From Bacteroidota bacterium (lineage in GTDB: Bacteria; Bacteroidota; Bacteroidia; UBA4408), in assembly GCA_046297395.1 (NCBI GenBank), contig JBKCNM010000089.1, positions 10,243-74,242 of the forward strand: DNA of 64,000 bases, read 5' to 3'. The notes under the pieces were generated by a model. The model did no database searches. It had not been told where the DNA came from and saw nothing but the letters and a program-made list of their open reading frames with translations. Shown piece by piece: positions 27,601 through 38,160 of the stretch; position 1 is the first letter of the stretch, and every line of letters starts with the position of its first letter. The position numbers were made by a program, and so were the translations under genes.

Positions 27601-28033
27601 CGATATGCACTCGAGGGATGGTATGGATATGGCGCTTCTTGCAATAACCGAAAAAGAAAAAGGAATTTTTAGTATTGAATTTGCAGGTGCAAACCGCCCA
27701 TTATGGTACTTCAATCAGCAGGAAATACTGCAGGAAGTACCTTCAGATAAAGTTGCCATTGCCGGATTTACCAAAAAGGATTTCAGCTTCCGAAACCATT
27801 CCCTCATTATGCAAAAAGGACAGCGGATATATCTTTTTTCTGATGGCATATATGATCAATTTGGAGGAAAGGATGGCCAAAAACTATTAATGAGAGGCTT
27901 CAGGGAGTTGATTCAAAAAGCACAAGTTTTACCACTACACCAACAGGCTGCATTTATTGAAAAAGAATTAAAAACCTGGCAGAACAGCTACGAGCAGGTT
28001 GACGATATTCTTATCATGGGTATCGAACTCTGA
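24665..28033 (+). CDS. Sensor protein: periplasmic beta-propeller (two-component-regulator propeller repeats) + Y_Y_Y domain, one TM helix, coiled coil, and a cytoplasmic PP2C/SpoIIE-family Ser phosphatase
   Basis: 1122 aa with repeated 'WIGTxxGL' propeller motifs (WIGTQDGLYHY; IWIGTETGLNVF; IWIGSQKGLISV). A TM helix (FYAATLLTIIIAIFSII) sits at about residue 800. The PP2C motifs 'ADCTGHGVPGA' and 'FSDGIYDQFG' are present. Confidence 0.75.
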   Translation: MISIYSRKRSLLIGILSYLISFSSLSFASANEKFITRIFSENEGLLNTNVECLLTDDDQTVWIGTQDGLYHYNGDVFRVFKPEKNNPSSIDNIRIRCLLKDHAGNIWIGTETGLNVFSKITGKITRVISNNKNTSESCKIFCLMQDKKNRIWAGGNFGKNKGSLIITDVNTLKTQFISLETNKDIVTLATSSNGNILAGSALEGDLFIISSDNLTSGKIQQIRKLPYEKLQKISVINGKIWLSGYGGGLSCFDEKELDKGVVTAEIVPGTEKMYLHDIEFDEKSRKIWMADINSCIVLYDPVSKMLEKSRLVIPENIIPMNVAFGYNGEIWIGSQKGLISVRNENTPFKVLVNTEASEEINPFISIFIDKSKHLWSSRYFKNKTFTDNKDYDAVLSKIAGSKSERIWDFTEDEKYYFVLSSGKINQIEKGSFRSTEILSTSKIDNPSCEFLSMHIWKDYLLVGTTLNGLFAFQMKAPYHLVFSNQSPKFSEISKNGVHGFTPIDENWILIWTDNGLWIMDKEFNLSKKLHTNEFSGKFVAGVDIDQNNFLWIAYYGGGLDVFSNIFGVLTKNEKPQVLNFNESCGLKTGAGMGMMIDKNNLGWLSTTNGLYRIILTDKIRSLLSKKNADISAISIRERNACVKGYFNTDGLIDNDFSVFCAARTEKKDRLYFASAKGIIYFNPDDFKQDTIVSDLILTGMKIFDKEIETDSILAIKKIIHLNYKQNFFSFDFDFKYYRQAPSKHQYAYQMVGFDNDWIYSGNRRFAQYTNLGPGEYTFLIKGANEDGIWVKKPYVLKIVIHPPFWRTNWFYAATLLTIIIAIFSIIRYREIRLRRENKLLEEKVAIRTEEIEEINIVLTKKNRDITDSINYARRMQDSILPPVSDLQKIFPSSFVIYKPKDIVSGDFYWFKQVSNEKNQSSSVFIAIADCTGHGVPGALMSMIGVDRLSEGIKLFDHPSNVLEYINHSVKNTLRQHDNDDMHSRDGMDMALLAITEKEKGIFSIEFAGANRPLWYFNQQEILQEVPSDKVAIAGFTKKDFSFRNHSLIMQKGQRIYLFSDGIYDQFGGKDGQKLLMRGFRELIQKAQVLPLHQQAAFIEKELKTWQNSYEQVDDILIMGIEL

Positions 28034-28085
28034 TTGTTTTCTTCCTTTTCTGAAGATGCCGGCCCACATGGCAAACAAATAAAAA

Positions 28086-28108
28086 AGCCGGCAAGGAATA
28101 AGCCGGCT
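28086..28108. terminator. Bidirectional rho-independent terminator hairpin between the convergent sensor gene and recA
   Basis: Perfect 7-bp stem AGCCGGC / GCCGGCT with a 9-nt loop. It is flanked by an A-run on the + side and a T-run (TATTTTTTC at 28120-28128). Read on the minus strand, the hairpin is followed by TTTTTT. Confidence 0.7.
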
Positions 28109-28130
28109 GTTCTAAAAAGTATTTTTTCAT

Positions 28131-29171
28131 TTAAGATGCCTGGGCACTTGCCATGGCCTGACGCACTCTTGTCTCAAGTTCTTCCTGAAGTTCAGGATTG
28201 TCCAACAAGGTTTGTCGCGTAGCATCTCTGCCCTGTCCAATTCTGGTGTCATTGTAGCTATACCAACTTCCTGCTTTTTTGATGACATTTAAATCCACGC
28301 CAAGATCAATAATCTCTCCGGTTTTAGAAATGCCTTCACCATACAATATATCGAACTCGGCTGTTTTAAAAGGAGGAGCTACCTTGTTCTTTACAATTTT
28401 TACACGCACCCTGTTTCCACTCACAGTTTCGCCATCCTTAAGTTGGCCAATACGGCGGATGTCAAGACGAATAGAGGCATAAAACTTCAGTGCATTTCCA
28501 CCGGTGGTTGTTTCCGGGTTTCCAAACATCACACCAATTTTTTCACGAAGCTGATTGATAAAGATGCAGCAACAATTGGTTTTAGAGATGGTACCGGTAA
28601 GTTTCCGCAATGCCTGAGACATAAGCCTTGCCTGCAAGCCCATTTTTGATTCACCCATTTCTCCCTCAATCTCACTTTTTGGCGTTAATGCAGCCACAGA
28701 ATCAATAACAATGATGTCTATGGCACCACTGCGAATAAGGTTTTCTGCTATTTCAAGCGCCTGTTCCCCATTGTCGGGTTGAGAGATGAATAGATTCTCG
28801 GTATCTACACCCAATTTTTCTGCATAAGATCTGTCGAAAGCATGTTCTGCATCAATAAATGCTGCAATGCCTCCTGCTTTTTGTGCTTCTGCTATGGCAT
28901 GAATGGTGAGTGTGGTTTTACCTGATGATTCGGGACCATAAATTTCCACGATTCTTCCTTTGGGATAGCCGCTGATGCCAAGTGCATTATCCAGAGCGAT
29001 GGAACCACTGCTAATGACTTCCATTTCCTCGATAGGATTGTCTCCCATCTTCATGATTGCACCTTTGCCAAAGGTTTTTTCAATTTTATCAATTGTCAAT
29101 TGAAGCGCCTTAAGCTTTTCTTTATTCGCCTCTTTGGTCTGATTTTCTTTTTCTTTGCTTTCCTTAGCCAT
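28131..29171 (-). CDS. recA: Recombinase A
   Basis: 346 aa with Walker A (GPESSGKTT) and RecA L1/L2 regions ([30 protein letters not shown]). Confidence 0.95.
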   Translation of the reverse strand: MAKESKEKENQTKEANKEKLKALQLTIDKIEKTFGKGAIMKMGDNPIEEMEVISSGSIALDNALGISGYPKGRIVEIYGPESSGKTTLTIHAIAEAQKAGGIAAFIDAEHAFDRSYAEKLGVDTENLFISQPDNGEQALEIAENLIRSGAIDIIVIDSVAALTPKSEIEGEMGESKMGLQARLMSQALRKLTGTISKTNCCCIFINQLREKIGVMFGNPETTTGGNALKFYASIRLDIRRIGQLKDGETVSGNRVRVKIVKNKVAPPFKTAEFDILYGEGISKTGEIIDLGVDLNVIKKAGSWYSYNDTRIGQGRDATRQTLLDNPELQEELETRVRQAMASAQAS

Positions 29172-29299
29172 GATAGGTATTTTTTTGGTGATACAAAGAA
29201 AGGGAATTGCCCACAGCCATGCTCAACCATGGGTAGAAACATTTGAAAATATTTCAACACTGATTTACTGCTGTTTGTAAAAGCAAAAGGTTAATCCTT

Positions 29300-29719
29300 T
29301 CAGCAGTTTCCTGTAAGCACCCAGGTTGCTCCCATCGCAAATACGAGGTAAATGGTGCTTGAAGCCGCTGATGCATAGTCTTTTGCCAAACGCTGCCCAA
29401 AAAAAATGCCAAGCAAAGCAAGATCCATGAAAAGGGCTGTTTGTGTATTCATTAAACCCGAAACATCAGGGTAACCATTCCCGAAAAAAATCAAGAACAG
29501 GTTGATAAGAGCCATTGTTGCAAAAAGAAAAGCACCGGCTTCCAGTAAGAACAAAAGTCGAAAAAGTATCCCTGAAAATTTGCTTAACGGACTCTTTAAA
29601 AAATATGCCTTCACATAGTCGTCATTTGCCTTCCAGTTAAATAATTTGTCCCCTGAAGTCTGTCCAAACAGAATCACCACATATGAGAGTGCAAATAATT
29701 GAAGGAGTAACGACTGCAT
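29300..29719 (-). CDS. Hypothetical small polytopic membrane protein (about 4 TM helices)
   Basis: 139 aa, hydrophobic throughout. I recognise no family. Confidence 0.45.
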   Translation of the reverse strand: MQSLLLQLFALSYVVILFGQTSGDKLFNWKANDDYVKAYFLKSPLSKFSGILFRLLFLLEAGAFLFATMALINLFLIFFGNGYPDVSGLMNTQTALFMDLALLGIFFGQRLAKDYASAASSTIYLVFAMGATWVLTGNC

Positions 29720-29758
29720 AATTTCTGTAAATCTAAGTAATTTGAGAGAAAAAGGATT

Positions 29759-30928
29759 TCATGGTTTCGCGTTTTTTTCTGCCTCCCGGCTGACGATTAC
29801 TTTTTCAATGAAATGCTTCAGGATTTGGGATTCATTTTGCCAAGTAAATGTTTTGGCTGCTCCCATTGCTCCTTCACGGAGGGAGTTGTTTAAACCGGGA
29901 GAATCATGAATCAGCTTGATTGCATCGGCAATTGTCATTGGGTTTACCTCGCCGATGATGAGTCCGGCATTATGGGCTGAAACGATTTTTTCCAATTCCG
30001 GAATACAGCTTACAACAACAGGTATACCTGCATGAAAATAATCGAAGAGCTTATTGGGCAAACTATTCCGGTAATTTTGGCTCAATGGCTTGTCTAAAGA
30101 AAGTCCACAATTGCAGTTGCGCGTATGCTCCATCATGAGGCGATAAGGCATGCGCGGTTTCATGATGAGTCGCCCGGTAACGCCAACAGATGCAGCAATT
30201 TCCGGCAAGTTATCATAGACATCACCTCCACCGATCATGAGCAGGTAAACATCCTCCGGTAAATGTTTCAAGGCAAGAATGGCCTCTTCTGCACCTCTGT
30301 CTACATTGATGCCGGAGCCTTGCATAACCATAATAAATGCATGTTCAGGCAAACCCAAAGCGCTTCTCTCGGTTTTTTGACCCACAGGTATTGATTCAGG
30401 GATATTTCTCACCACCACCCATGCATTTCCGTAGAGGGCTGAGTAGCTTTTTGCAATGGCTTGATTTACTGTGATGCAGTGCCTCAGGCCGGGCACCAGC
30501 CATTTTTCCAGGAGGGTCCAGAGACCTCGTTTGAGTGGTGCATGCAGCAGTTCGGGCACACCGGTAAAAAATTCATGACTATCATACACGACAGGCTTCT
30601 TTCTGAAATACGCCAGGAGCCGGTTAGGCAGAAGTGTATCCAGGTCATTGGCGTAATAGATATCTGGATTTTCACGAAGGAGAAATCGTAACAGTCTCCA
30701 TTGAAATTCCAAATAGAACAAGGGCCCTTTGCGAAACCAAAGGGTAAGCCTTGTTGCTTTAAAAGGAAGTTCTTCAAGCGCAGGCGAGTTGGGCAGCAAT
30801 CTCCCCAGCAAGTGCACCTCAAGACCCATACTCGCCAAAAGACGGCAGGTACGAAGAACCCTCTGGTCGGTGGCCAAATCACTGATTACTGATACCACTA
30901 CGCGTGTTGAAAGCTGTTGACGATGCAT
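29759..30928 (-). CDS. Glycosyltransferase family 4 (GT-B, group 1)
   Basis: 389 aa. The GT4 C-terminal domain has an E-x7-E-like region (GIPVVVSCIPELEKIVSAHNAGLII). The N-terminal half is a Glyco_trans_4-like Rossmann domain. Confidence 0.7.
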   Translation of the reverse strand: MHRQQLSTRVVVSVISDLATDQRVLRTCRLLASMGLEVHLLGRLLPNSPALEELPFKATRLTLWFRKGPLFYLEFQWRLLRFLLRENPDIYYANDLDTLLPNRLLAYFRKKPVVYDSHEFFTGVPELLHAPLKRGLWTLLEKWLVPGLRHCITVNQAIAKSYSALYGNAWVVVRNIPESIPVGQKTERSALGLPEHAFIMVMQGSGINVDRGAEEAILALKHLPEDVYLLMIGGGDVYDNLPEIAASVGVTGRLIMKPRMPYRLMMEHTRNCNCGLSLDKPLSQNYRNSLPNKLFDYFHAGIPVVVSCIPELEKIVSAHNAGLIIGEVNPMTIADAIKLIHDSPGLNNSLREGAMGAAKTFTWQNESQILKHFIEKVIVSREAEKNAKP

Positions 30929-31034
30929 GAAAAAATTAAGTCAGGGAGTTCCTTCAGATAATTGATTTTGATTACTGCCGTGTTTATGGAAAGGAAAAAT
31001 CCTGATCAAAATAGGTAAGAACAAAAGGATTTTA

Positions 31035-31991
31035 TCATCCTTTTCGGTGCATCACTTTTTGCGCTGCTTCGCTAATGGCTGACGCATGAAGGCCATATTT
31101 CTGAAGCAATTGGTCGGGGGTTCCACTCTCACCGAAGCTGTCTTTTACTGCGATCATTTCGAGTGGAGCAGGAAATTTTCTTGCCAGCAAGCTTGCCACC
31201 GACTCTCCCAACCCACCCAATTCCTGATGCTCCTCGGCTGTTACAACACAGCGGGTCTTGTTAACTGAAGCAAGAATGGCTTCTTCATCCAGGGGCTTGA
31301 TGGTATGTATATTGATGAGTTCAGCAGAAATTCCTTTCTCTGCCAGCATCACTGCGGCTTCATAGGCCTTCCAAACCAGATGACCGGTAGCAAGGATGGT
31401 CACATCTGTGCCTTTTTCGAGCATCAATGCTTTGCCTATGACAAATGCTTGTTCAGCATCGGTGAAATTGGGCACAACAGGTCTTCCAAATCTGAGGTAT
31501 ACCGGCCCCTCGTATGCAGCAATGGCAAGGGTGGCGGCACGGGTTTGGTTGGAATCACAAGGATTGATGACCACCATGCCGGGGAGCATTTTCATGAGGC
31601 CAATGTCTTCCAGAATCTGGTGGGTAGCTCCATCTTCACCGAGGGTGAGACCGGCGTGTGAGGCGCATATCTTCACATTTTTTCCGGAGTATGCAATAGA
31701 CTGGCGGATCTGATCATAGACCCTTCCGGTAGCAAAATTGGCAAAAGTGCCGGCAAAAGGAATATTCCCGCCAATGGTGAGTCCGGCAGCGATACCCATC
31801 ATATTGGCTTCAGCGATGCCAACCTGAAAAAACCGAGACGGAAATTCACGGGCAAATGCATCCATTTTGAGGGAACCTGTAAGGTCGGCACATAAACCTA
31901 CAACCCTCGGGTTTGTGCGTGCAACCCTGAGTAGTCCTTCGCCGAAGCCGCTCCGGGTGTCTTTTTTATCAAATTGTTGTGGGAGTTTCAT
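31035..31991 (-). CDS. Transketolase family protein, C-terminal (pyrimidine-binding + C-terminal domain) subunit
   Basis: The start is an internal ATG ([20 protein letters not shown]); the ORF extends to 32141. It shows a Transket_pyr region ([14 protein letters not shown]) and a C-terminal domain. No N-terminal TPP-binding subunit gene lies adjacent. Confidence 0.75.
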   Translation of the reverse strand: MKLPQQFDKKDTRSGFGEGLLRVARTNPRVVGLCADLTGSLKMDAFAREFPSRFFQVGIAEANMMGIAAGLTIGGNIPFAGTFANFATGRVYDQIRQSIAYSGKNVKICASHAGLTLGEDGATHQILEDIGLMKMLPGMVVINPCDSNQTRAATLAIAAYEGPVYLRFGRPVVPNFTDAEQAFVIGKALMLEKGTDVTILATGHLVWKAYEAAVMLAEKGISAELINIHTIKPLDEEAILASVNKTRCVVTAEEHQELGGLGESVASLLARKFPAPLEMIAVKDSFGESGTPDQLLQKYGLHASAISEAAQKVMHRKG

Positions 31992-32097
31992 TTCAGTTTG
32001 TAAACATGGCAAACTCAGGGCAATTACACAAGTGAAAAAAAGGTTTGTTGCGAATGAATATTTTTCCGAAATTCGCAGCCCCTTGTACAAACAAACA

Positions 32098-32640
32098 ATG
32101 GCAACAAAAATCAGGTTACAAAGACATGGTAAAAAAGGCAAGGCCTTTTTTCACCTCGTAGTAGCGGATGGTCGAGCACCACGGGACGGAAGATTTATTG
32201 AGAAAATCGGAACCTACAACCCCGTAACCAACCCTGCTACCATTGACATCAACTTCGACCGCGCCCTTTATTGGGTAGGTACCGGTGCAACTCCTACAGA
32301 CACCGCCAGGGCAATCTTGTCCTACAAAGGGGTAATGATGAAAGATCATCTTCTGAGAGGCGTAAAGAAAGGAGCCATGACCTCTGAACAGGCTGAGGCC
32401 AAGTTCCAGACCTGGCTTCACTCAAAAGAAGCAGGCGTAGCAGGTAAAATCAAGAGCCTTGCCGACAAGAAGAAAGCCGCCTACGAAGCCAGAATGGCTG
32501 ACGAAAGCTCCAAGAAACTGGCGAGGGAACAGGCAATTGCTGCTAAAAACACTCCCGCCCCTGCTGAGGAAGCTCCATCAGCTGAAGCAACTTCCGAAGA
32601 GGCGAATACCTCCGAAGGTGATGCACCTGCAGAGGCATAA
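32098..32640 (+). CDS. rpsP: 30S ribosomal protein S16 with a long A/E/K/P-rich C-terminal extension
   Basis: The internal ATG gives '[42 protein letters not shown]', a canonical S16 core. The tail is low complexity ([25 protein letters not shown]). The listed ORF from 31867 is a spurious 5' extension. Confidence 0.9.
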   Translation: MATKIRLQRHGKKGKAFFHLVVADGRAPRDGRFIEKIGTYNPVTNPATIDINFDRALYWVGTGATPTDTARAILSYKGVMMKDHLLRGVKKGAMTSEQAEAKFQTWLHSKEAGVAGKIKSLADKKKAAYEARMADESSKKLAREQAIAAKNTPAPAEEAPSAEATSEEANTSEGDAPAEA

Positions 32641-32657
32641 TCAAAACTCATTCATCT

Positions 32658-34148
32658 TCAGGAATCCTGCCCCAAAGGCAGGATTTTTTTTGCCCTGCAA
32701 AATAGCGACCACCAAAGCAAGGGCAGAGCAGGCACCTTGTAGCGCACCAGCGCCCCCAGCACCGGTGTAACAGAGCCTGCAGTGAGGAGCAGAAAGAGGG
32801 CAAAAATCCAGAAATACACTTCCATATCAGGAAGAGGAATCTTCTTGTGAAACAAAACTGCATAGGCAAAAAGCAGTGTCATTAAAATGTTCTCCATAGC
32901 CGGCATCCACTGCATGGAATTTTTTATCTCCCGCAGATTGGGTCGCAAAAGAGCGTTAAAAAGATATTGTGGTGCATGACCTAAAAATGAGCCGGGATGG
33001 GTATTGCAGGCAGGAATCAGGATCCAGCTTCCAGCCTTTTCCGTGATCATAAGCAACACATATTTCTTACCCGATACCAGATGTGTTGTGTCTGCATCAG
33101 CCAGTTTTACAAATCGCTTCACCAATACAGGCGAAGAAAAAGTGACCGTATCTGCTGCAAAAGTTCTCATCAGAGGCCTTGCCAAATCGATGTCGGCACG
33201 GAAGGTGTCTGTTTCCGACTTCACAAAGATGTTGCCCATGGTGGCATTGTTAAACTCATGTTGTTTATGAATAATGGCGCCTATCCATCGCGGTTGGGTG
33301 AGGAAGTATGCACTGACATAAAACAAGAGCATCAGCAGGTAGGCAAGGTTGCGGTTTCGGAGCAGTTTCAGAAAAAAAAGCACAGGCAATGAGGCCACCA
33401 AAAGGATGAGCACATAAAACTTAGAAAAAAACAAACCCGTGCCAAAAACGGCAATCCCAAACAGGGAGGAGATGCTATAACGGGTAACAGCTGCATGCAA
33501 AGTGTAGAGTAGGAATCCAAAAAATCCGATAAGCATGCCTTCTTTGAGCATGCCGGAGGTCCAAAACAAAACAGAAGGTATAAGGTATGCAGCGACCACT
33601 GCTTCAAAGCGGTGGTTTGGTCTTATTTTTACCAACAAGTTGCACAGGGCAGTTTGTCCTGCAAATGCCCAAAAGTTGAGCAGGAGCAAGTGGGTAAAAA
33701 TTTTCCCTCCGGTAAGTGGAAGTAAAAGCAAGTGATAGCGGATCATTAACCTGCCATCATTGATAAGGTTGGAACTTCCATAGAGGTACCAATATTCTGT
33801 TTTGCGCAGAAGCATGCATAACTCAAAATCGCTTCCGTATGTACCACTTAGTACTTTTAGATAGCCGATGGGATTTTGTGACAAACCCTTGTGTATGAAT
33901 TTTGCATCGTTCAGGTATTTGTAGATGTCAGCGGCATTCGGGTCGGTGTAGTAATAGGTATAAATCCAAACGAGCATGCCCCCTACGGTAATTTTCAGAA
34001 GAAAAATGGCAAACAGGATAAGGGGATGAAGCGGATTTTCCCTGAACACGGAAAGACGGTAGCATCCCAGGAATGAGCATATCAGTAGCAATAGCCAGAT
34101 CATTCTTCGCAATGTAGCAAAATTTAAAGCCCTTGTTTTAACTGCCAT
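32658..34148 (-). CDS. Hypothetical large polytopic membrane protein (at least 10 TM helices)
   Basis: 496 aa, highly hydrophobic, with a soluble loop around residues 290-370. I recognise no family. Confidence 0.45.
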   Translation of the reverse strand: MAVKTRALNFATLRRMIWLLLLICSFLGCYRLSVFRENPLHPLILFAIFLLKITVGGMLVWIYTYYYTDPNAADIYKYLNDAKFIHKGLSQNPIGYLKVLSGTYGSDFELCMLLRKTEYWYLYGSSNLINDGRLMIRYHLLLLPLTGGKIFTHLLLLNFWAFAGQTALCNLLVKIRPNHRFEAVVAAYLIPSVLFWTSGMLKEGMLIGFFGFLLYTLHAAVTRYSISSLFGIAVFGTGLFFSKFYVLILLVASLPVLFFLKLLRNRNLAYLLMLLFYVSAYFLTQPRWIGAIIHKQHEFNNATMGNIFVKSETDTFRADIDLARPLMRTFAADTVTFSSPVLVKRFVKLADADTTHLVSGKKYVLLMITEKAGSWILIPACNTHPGSFLGHAPQYLFNALLRPNLREIKNSMQWMPAMENILMTLLFAYAVLFHKKIPLPDMEVYFWIFALFLLLTAGSVTPVLGALVRYKVPALPLLWWSLFCRAKKILPLGQDS

Positions 34149-34185
34149 AATTTTTTATGAATTACCTTTAGGCGATTGCATTTTT

Positions 34186-36435
34186 ATGTTACACGACTCT
34201 GCTTTAAATGCACCTGCCGGTGTTGAAACGGCTCAAAAACTTGGCCTTACCCAAGAGGAATTCGAGCACATTTGCAAGCTCATGGGTCGTACGCCAAATT
34301 TCACGGAATTAAGCGTCTATTCTGTGATGTGGAGTGAACACTGCTCCTATAAAAATTCAATCTTCTGGCTCAAGCAACTGCCCCGCGAGGGCAAAGTGAT
34401 GCTGGCGAAAGCGGGGGAAGAAAATGCCGGTTTGGTTGACATTGGAGACGGCCTTGCATGCGCCTTTAAAATTGAATCTCACAATCACCCTTCAGCGGTG
34501 GAACCCTATCAGGGTGCGGCCACCGGTGTTGGCGGCATCAACCGCGATATTTTTACCATGGGCGCCAGACCTGTGGCACAGCTTAATTCTTTGCGCTTTG
34601 GTTTTCCCGAAAAAGCCCGCAACCGATGGCTCATCCGTGGAGTTACCAAAGGCATCGGAAATTATGGAAATGCATTTGGTGTACCGGTGTTGGCCGGAGA
34701 GGTGTTTTTTGATGATTGCTTTGACCAAAACCCCCTGGTAAATGCCATGAGTGTAGGACTTGTAAAGCACAATGAAACCATTTCTGCCATCGCAGGTGGC
34801 ATCGGAAATCCTGTGTTTATTGTTGGCAGTGCCACCGGAAAAGATGGAATACATGGCGCTACCTTCGCGTCTGCTGATATCACAGAGAATTCTGCCGAAG
34901 ACCTTCCTGCCGTGCAGGTGGGAGATCCTTTTCAGGAGAAACTTTTGTTAGAGGCAAGTTTGGAAGTAATCAAAACAGGCGCTGTTATTGGCATGCAGGA
35001 CATGGGTGCCGCGGGTATTACCTGTTCAACTTCTGAAATGAGTGCAAAAGGAAAATGCGGCATGCGCATCTTTCTGGACAAAGTGCCGATGCGTCAGCAG
35101 GACATGAAACCATTTGAAATTCTTCTCTCAGAAAGCCAGGAACGCATGCTCGTTGTGGTGAAGAAAGGAATGGAAAAAGATGTATTGGATGTTTTTGAAA
35201 AATGGGATCTAAACTGCAGTCTTATCGGCGAGGTAACTGAAGGGCCGAACCTGGAATATTTTTTCAGGGGTGAAAAAGTTGCAGAAATAAATGCAGAAAG
35301 TCTTGTGCTCGGAGGTGGTGCTCCTGTTTACAAAAGGGCATACCAAGAACCGGAATGGTATGCAAGGGCACAAAAGTTTATTCCTGATTCCATTGCCTTG
35401 CCTTCCTCCTTTGAAGAAGTGGCAAAAGCAATGATTTCACATCCAAACATTTGTTCCAAACAATGGATTTATAACCAGTATGATTCCATGATTGGAACAG
35501 GAAGCCTCAACATCAACAACCGCAGGAGTGCAGGCTTATACCACATCAAAGATTCACAAAAAGCCATTGGCATGACCGTGGATTGCAATTCCAGATATGT
35601 GCAGTGCGATCCTGAAAAGGGTACTGCAATTGCAGTTTTTGAGGCGGCCAGAAACCTGGCATGCAGCGGTGCAACTCCTCTTGCTGTTACCAATTGTTTG
35701 AACTTTGGTAATCCATACAACACGGAAGTATACTGGCAATTTGTTCACGCCATAAAAGGCATGTCGCTTGCATGCAATGTACTTGAAACTCCTGTAACAG
35801 GTGGAAATGTGAGTTTCTATAACCAGTTTACGCATGCAGGAGTGACTGTTCCTGTTTTCCCAACTCCAACCATTGGTATGATTGGCCTTGTGCATGACAT
35901 TTCAAAAATTGCAGAAGTTGGATTGGGAAAGGCAGGAGATGTGATTCTTCTTCTCGCAAATCATCCTGGAACCAATGCCAATGGCAGTCAATACCTGCGC
36001 ACCATTCATGGCATCACCGAAAGTCCTGCACCCAGCATGAATCCGGCAGACGAACAAAACCTGATTCGGTTATTGCTAAGGCTAATTGGTGAACATGGCG
36101 TAAGATATTGCAACGATGTGAGCGATGGAGGCATCTTTACTGCGCTTTGCGAAATGGGCTTTTCGGGTTCACTGGGTTTCGAGGTGAATCAAACCAATGA
36201 TGCACGATGGGATTTTTTCTGGTTCGGAGAAACACAGGGACAGGCACTGCTGGCCGTTTCTGAAGATCAGGTTGAGCAGATTAAACAATGCGCCCTCTCC
36301 TACTCAACAGCTTGCCATGTGCTGGGAACGGTGAGCAAAGGAAATATCACTGTGAATGGAAAGACAATTGGTGATATCAAAGAGTACAATCAACTCTATC
36401 ATCAAAAGCTTGGAGATTTAATGGAAAAAGAATGA
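34186..36435 (+). CDS. purL: Phosphoribosylformylglycinamidine synthase subunit PurL
   Basis: 749 aa with '[30 protein letters not shown]' and the duplicated AIRS/AIRS_C architecture. Confidence 0.9.
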   Translation: MLHDSALNAPAGVETAQKLGLTQEEFEHICKLMGRTPNFTELSVYSVMWSEHCSYKNSIFWLKQLPREGKVMLAKAGEENAGLVDIGDGLACAFKIESHNHPSAVEPYQGAATGVGGINRDIFTMGARPVAQLNSLRFGFPEKARNRWLIRGVTKGIGNYGNAFGVPVLAGEVFFDDCFDQNPLVNAMSVGLVKHNETISAIAGGIGNPVFIVGSATGKDGIHGATFASADITENSAEDLPAVQVGDPFQEKLLLEASLEVIKTGAVIGMQDMGAAGITCSTSEMSAKGKCGMRIFLDKVPMRQQDMKPFEILLSESQERMLVVVKKGMEKDVLDVFEKWDLNCSLIGEVTEGPNLEYFFRGEKVAEINAESLVLGGGAPVYKRAYQEPEWYARAQKFIPDSIALPSSFEEVAKAMISHPNICSKQWIYNQYDSMIGTGSLNINNRRSAGLYHIKDSQKAIGMTVDCNSRYVQCDPEKGTAIAVFEAARNLACSGATPLAVTNCLNFGNPYNTEVYWQFVHAIKGMSLACNVLETPVTGGNVSFYNQFTHAGVTVPVFPTPTIGMIGLVHDISKIAEVGLGKAGDVILLLANHPGTNANGSQYLRTIHGITESPAPSMNPADEQNLIRLLLRLIGEHGVRYCNDVSDGGIFTALCEMGFSGSLGFEVNQTNDARWDFFWFGETQGQALLAVSEDQVEQIKQCALSYSTACHVLGTVSKGNITVNGKTIGDIKEYNQLYHQKLGDLMEKE

Positions 36436-37754
36436 GCAAATCTGGAAATACCCATGTTGCTTCCGGCATCTTGTCGGGTGGATTTCTATACTTGCTCTCC
36501 CACCTGATGTATCAGTTTCTTAAGCGTTATTACTTTCGTAAAATTAGTATTACCGGACAACAACACCTACCAACAGGCAAGCCCATTATTCTGGCAGCAA
36601 ACCATAACAATGCCTTTCTGGATTCCATCCTGCTGCATGTTAGTCTCAACCAAAACATCTATTCCATAGCAAGAGGAGATGCCTTTAACCGCAAATTGTA
36701 CCGATATTTTCTGAGGATTTACCATGTACTGCCGATTTATCGCAAGTCTGAAGGCAGCGAGAACCTGCATAAGAATGAAGAATCTTTTTCTTTGGCTTCT
36801 GCTGTGCTCGAGAAAAACCTGGGGCCATTGCTCATCTTTCCGGAGGGTACCTGTGTGCAGGAAAAAAAAGTGAGACCACTCAAAAAGGGTATGGCAAGAA
36901 TTGCTTTCAAAGCCGCCGAAGCAAAGGGGTTTGAAGAAGAAATTTACATTGTTCCGGTGGGAATCAACTATTCAAGGTTTACGAAAGCCTTTGGCTCTAT
37001 TCACCTTGCCTTTCACCATCCAATCAAAGTTTCGGATTACCGTAAAATGTATGAAGAGAATGAAGCAAAGGCCATCACAAGCCTTACTCGAGACACCGAA
37101 CTATTGCTTAAGAATGTAGTGGAGGAAGCCTTGCCACCCTTGGAAGCGCCAACGCTTATCACCCTGCTTAAAATGAAAAAGAAAGAATTGCAGGGAATAG
37201 AAAAAATCAGGTTTTGTAAAAGTATCAATCAGCGTATTGATCCAGAAAAATCCAGGGCACTTGGGAATGCCTGTAAAGAATATGAAAAATTGCTCAAGCG
37301 CCACAAAATCAGCGACGGAGCCATTGCTTCCATCAAAGAAAAATCCCTGGGCTTCATGCTTTACTCTTCCCTGTTGATTGCTCTTGCTTTTCCTCTTGCA
37401 TTGCTGTCTCTTATTGCCGGAGGGCTTCCCATGTTTGGAGGTATCTTTCTCTCTACTTTTATTCCTATTGGCAGAGAATTCAAAGCCTCATTTCATACTG
37501 CCTTTGTCTTCCTTATCATTCTCATGCAAAGCCTCTCTGTTTGCATAATAGGCTTCTCACTTTCATTTTTCCTGCCCACTTTGGCATTCATCATTTTGCA
37601 GTTTCCGGCCATGCTTATACTCAGGGAGTATGCGTTTTTGTGCTCGGAGTTTTACCATACTTGTAAGTTATGGTGGCTTAAGCAGGCAAAACCACTCAAG
37701 GTAAAAGCACTGCTTAACGGGAGAAGGGAAGTTCTCTCCTTGCTGAATCAATAA
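36432..37754 (+). CDS. Lysophospholipid acyltransferase (PlsC-like) with a C-terminal membrane domain
   Basis: Acyltransferase blocks '[13 protein letters not shown]' and 'FPEGTC'. The C-terminal ~130 aa are hydrophobic. The ATG overlaps the purL stop. Confidence 0.6.
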   Translation: MSKSGNTHVASGILSGGFLYLLSHLMYQFLKRYYFRKISITGQQHLPTGKPIILAANHNNAFLDSILLHVSLNQNIYSIARGDAFNRKLYRYFLRIYHVLPIYRKSEGSENLHKNEESFSLASAVLEKNLGPLLIFPEGTCVQEKKVRPLKKGMARIAFKAAEAKGFEEEIYIVPVGINYSRFTKAFGSIHLAFHHPIKVSDYRKMYEENEAKAITSLTRDTELLLKNVVEEALPPLEAPTLITLLKMKKKELQGIEKIRFCKSINQRIDPEKSRALGNACKEYEKLLKRHKISDGAIASIKEKSLGFMLYSSLLIALAFPLALLSLIAGGLPMFGGIFLSTFIPIGREFKASFHTAFVFLIILMQSLSVCIIGFSLSFFLPTLAFIILQFPAMLILREYAFLCSEFYHTCKLWWLKQAKPLKVKALLNGRREVLSLLNQ

Positions 37755-37778
37755 GGCTGCTAAATTTTTACTGAGGAA

Positions 37779-38117
37779 TCAGGAACCTTTTTTAAGAGGT
37801 CCCATGGTAAGCAGATAACGCAGGATAAGTGTTTCTTGATCCGGATTGATTTTTTTTCCTTCACGGTTGGCTTTTTCTACCATTTCGGGCACAATGTTTT
37901 TCCAACCTTTTGCAGACTCAGAAGCAGGACTTTTGAGACCGTGACAGGAATTGCAATTCATTTCATACAAATTCTTGCCTTCATTGAGAGAAGCGAGGGT
38001 GTAGCCCGGAAACACACTTGCAACGCGGTCAATATCTGATTGAACAGGACCACTGACTTTTTTCACCGAACACGAAACGATGATTGAAAGCATTGAGAAA
38101 AAGAGAAACTTGCGCAT
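37779..38117 (-). CDS. Small cytochrome c lipoprotein
   Basis: 112 aa with a signal peptide plus lipobox (SIIVSCS) and a single heme-binding CxxCH (CNSCHG). Confidence 0.7.
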   Translation of the reverse strand: MRKFLFFSMLSIIVSCSVKKVSGPVQSDIDRVASVFPGYTLASLNEGKNLYEMNCNSCHGLKSPASESAKGWKNIVPEMVEKANREGKKINPDQETLILRYLLTMGPLKKGS

Positions 38118-38160
38118 AGTATAGTTTGATGCAAGTTAGCAAATAAACTGAGGTATCACT

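Noticed and set aside
31867-32097. 5' extension of the rpsP ORF (listed from 31867)
   Set aside because: It overlaps the convergent transketolase gene. S16 starts at the conserved [11 protein letters not shown].
31992-32141. 50-aa hydrophobic N-terminal extension on the transketolase C-terminal subunit ORF
   Set aside because: This would place a TM segment on a cytoplasmic enzyme and would overlap the rpsP promoter and start. The internal ATG gives a standard N-terminus.
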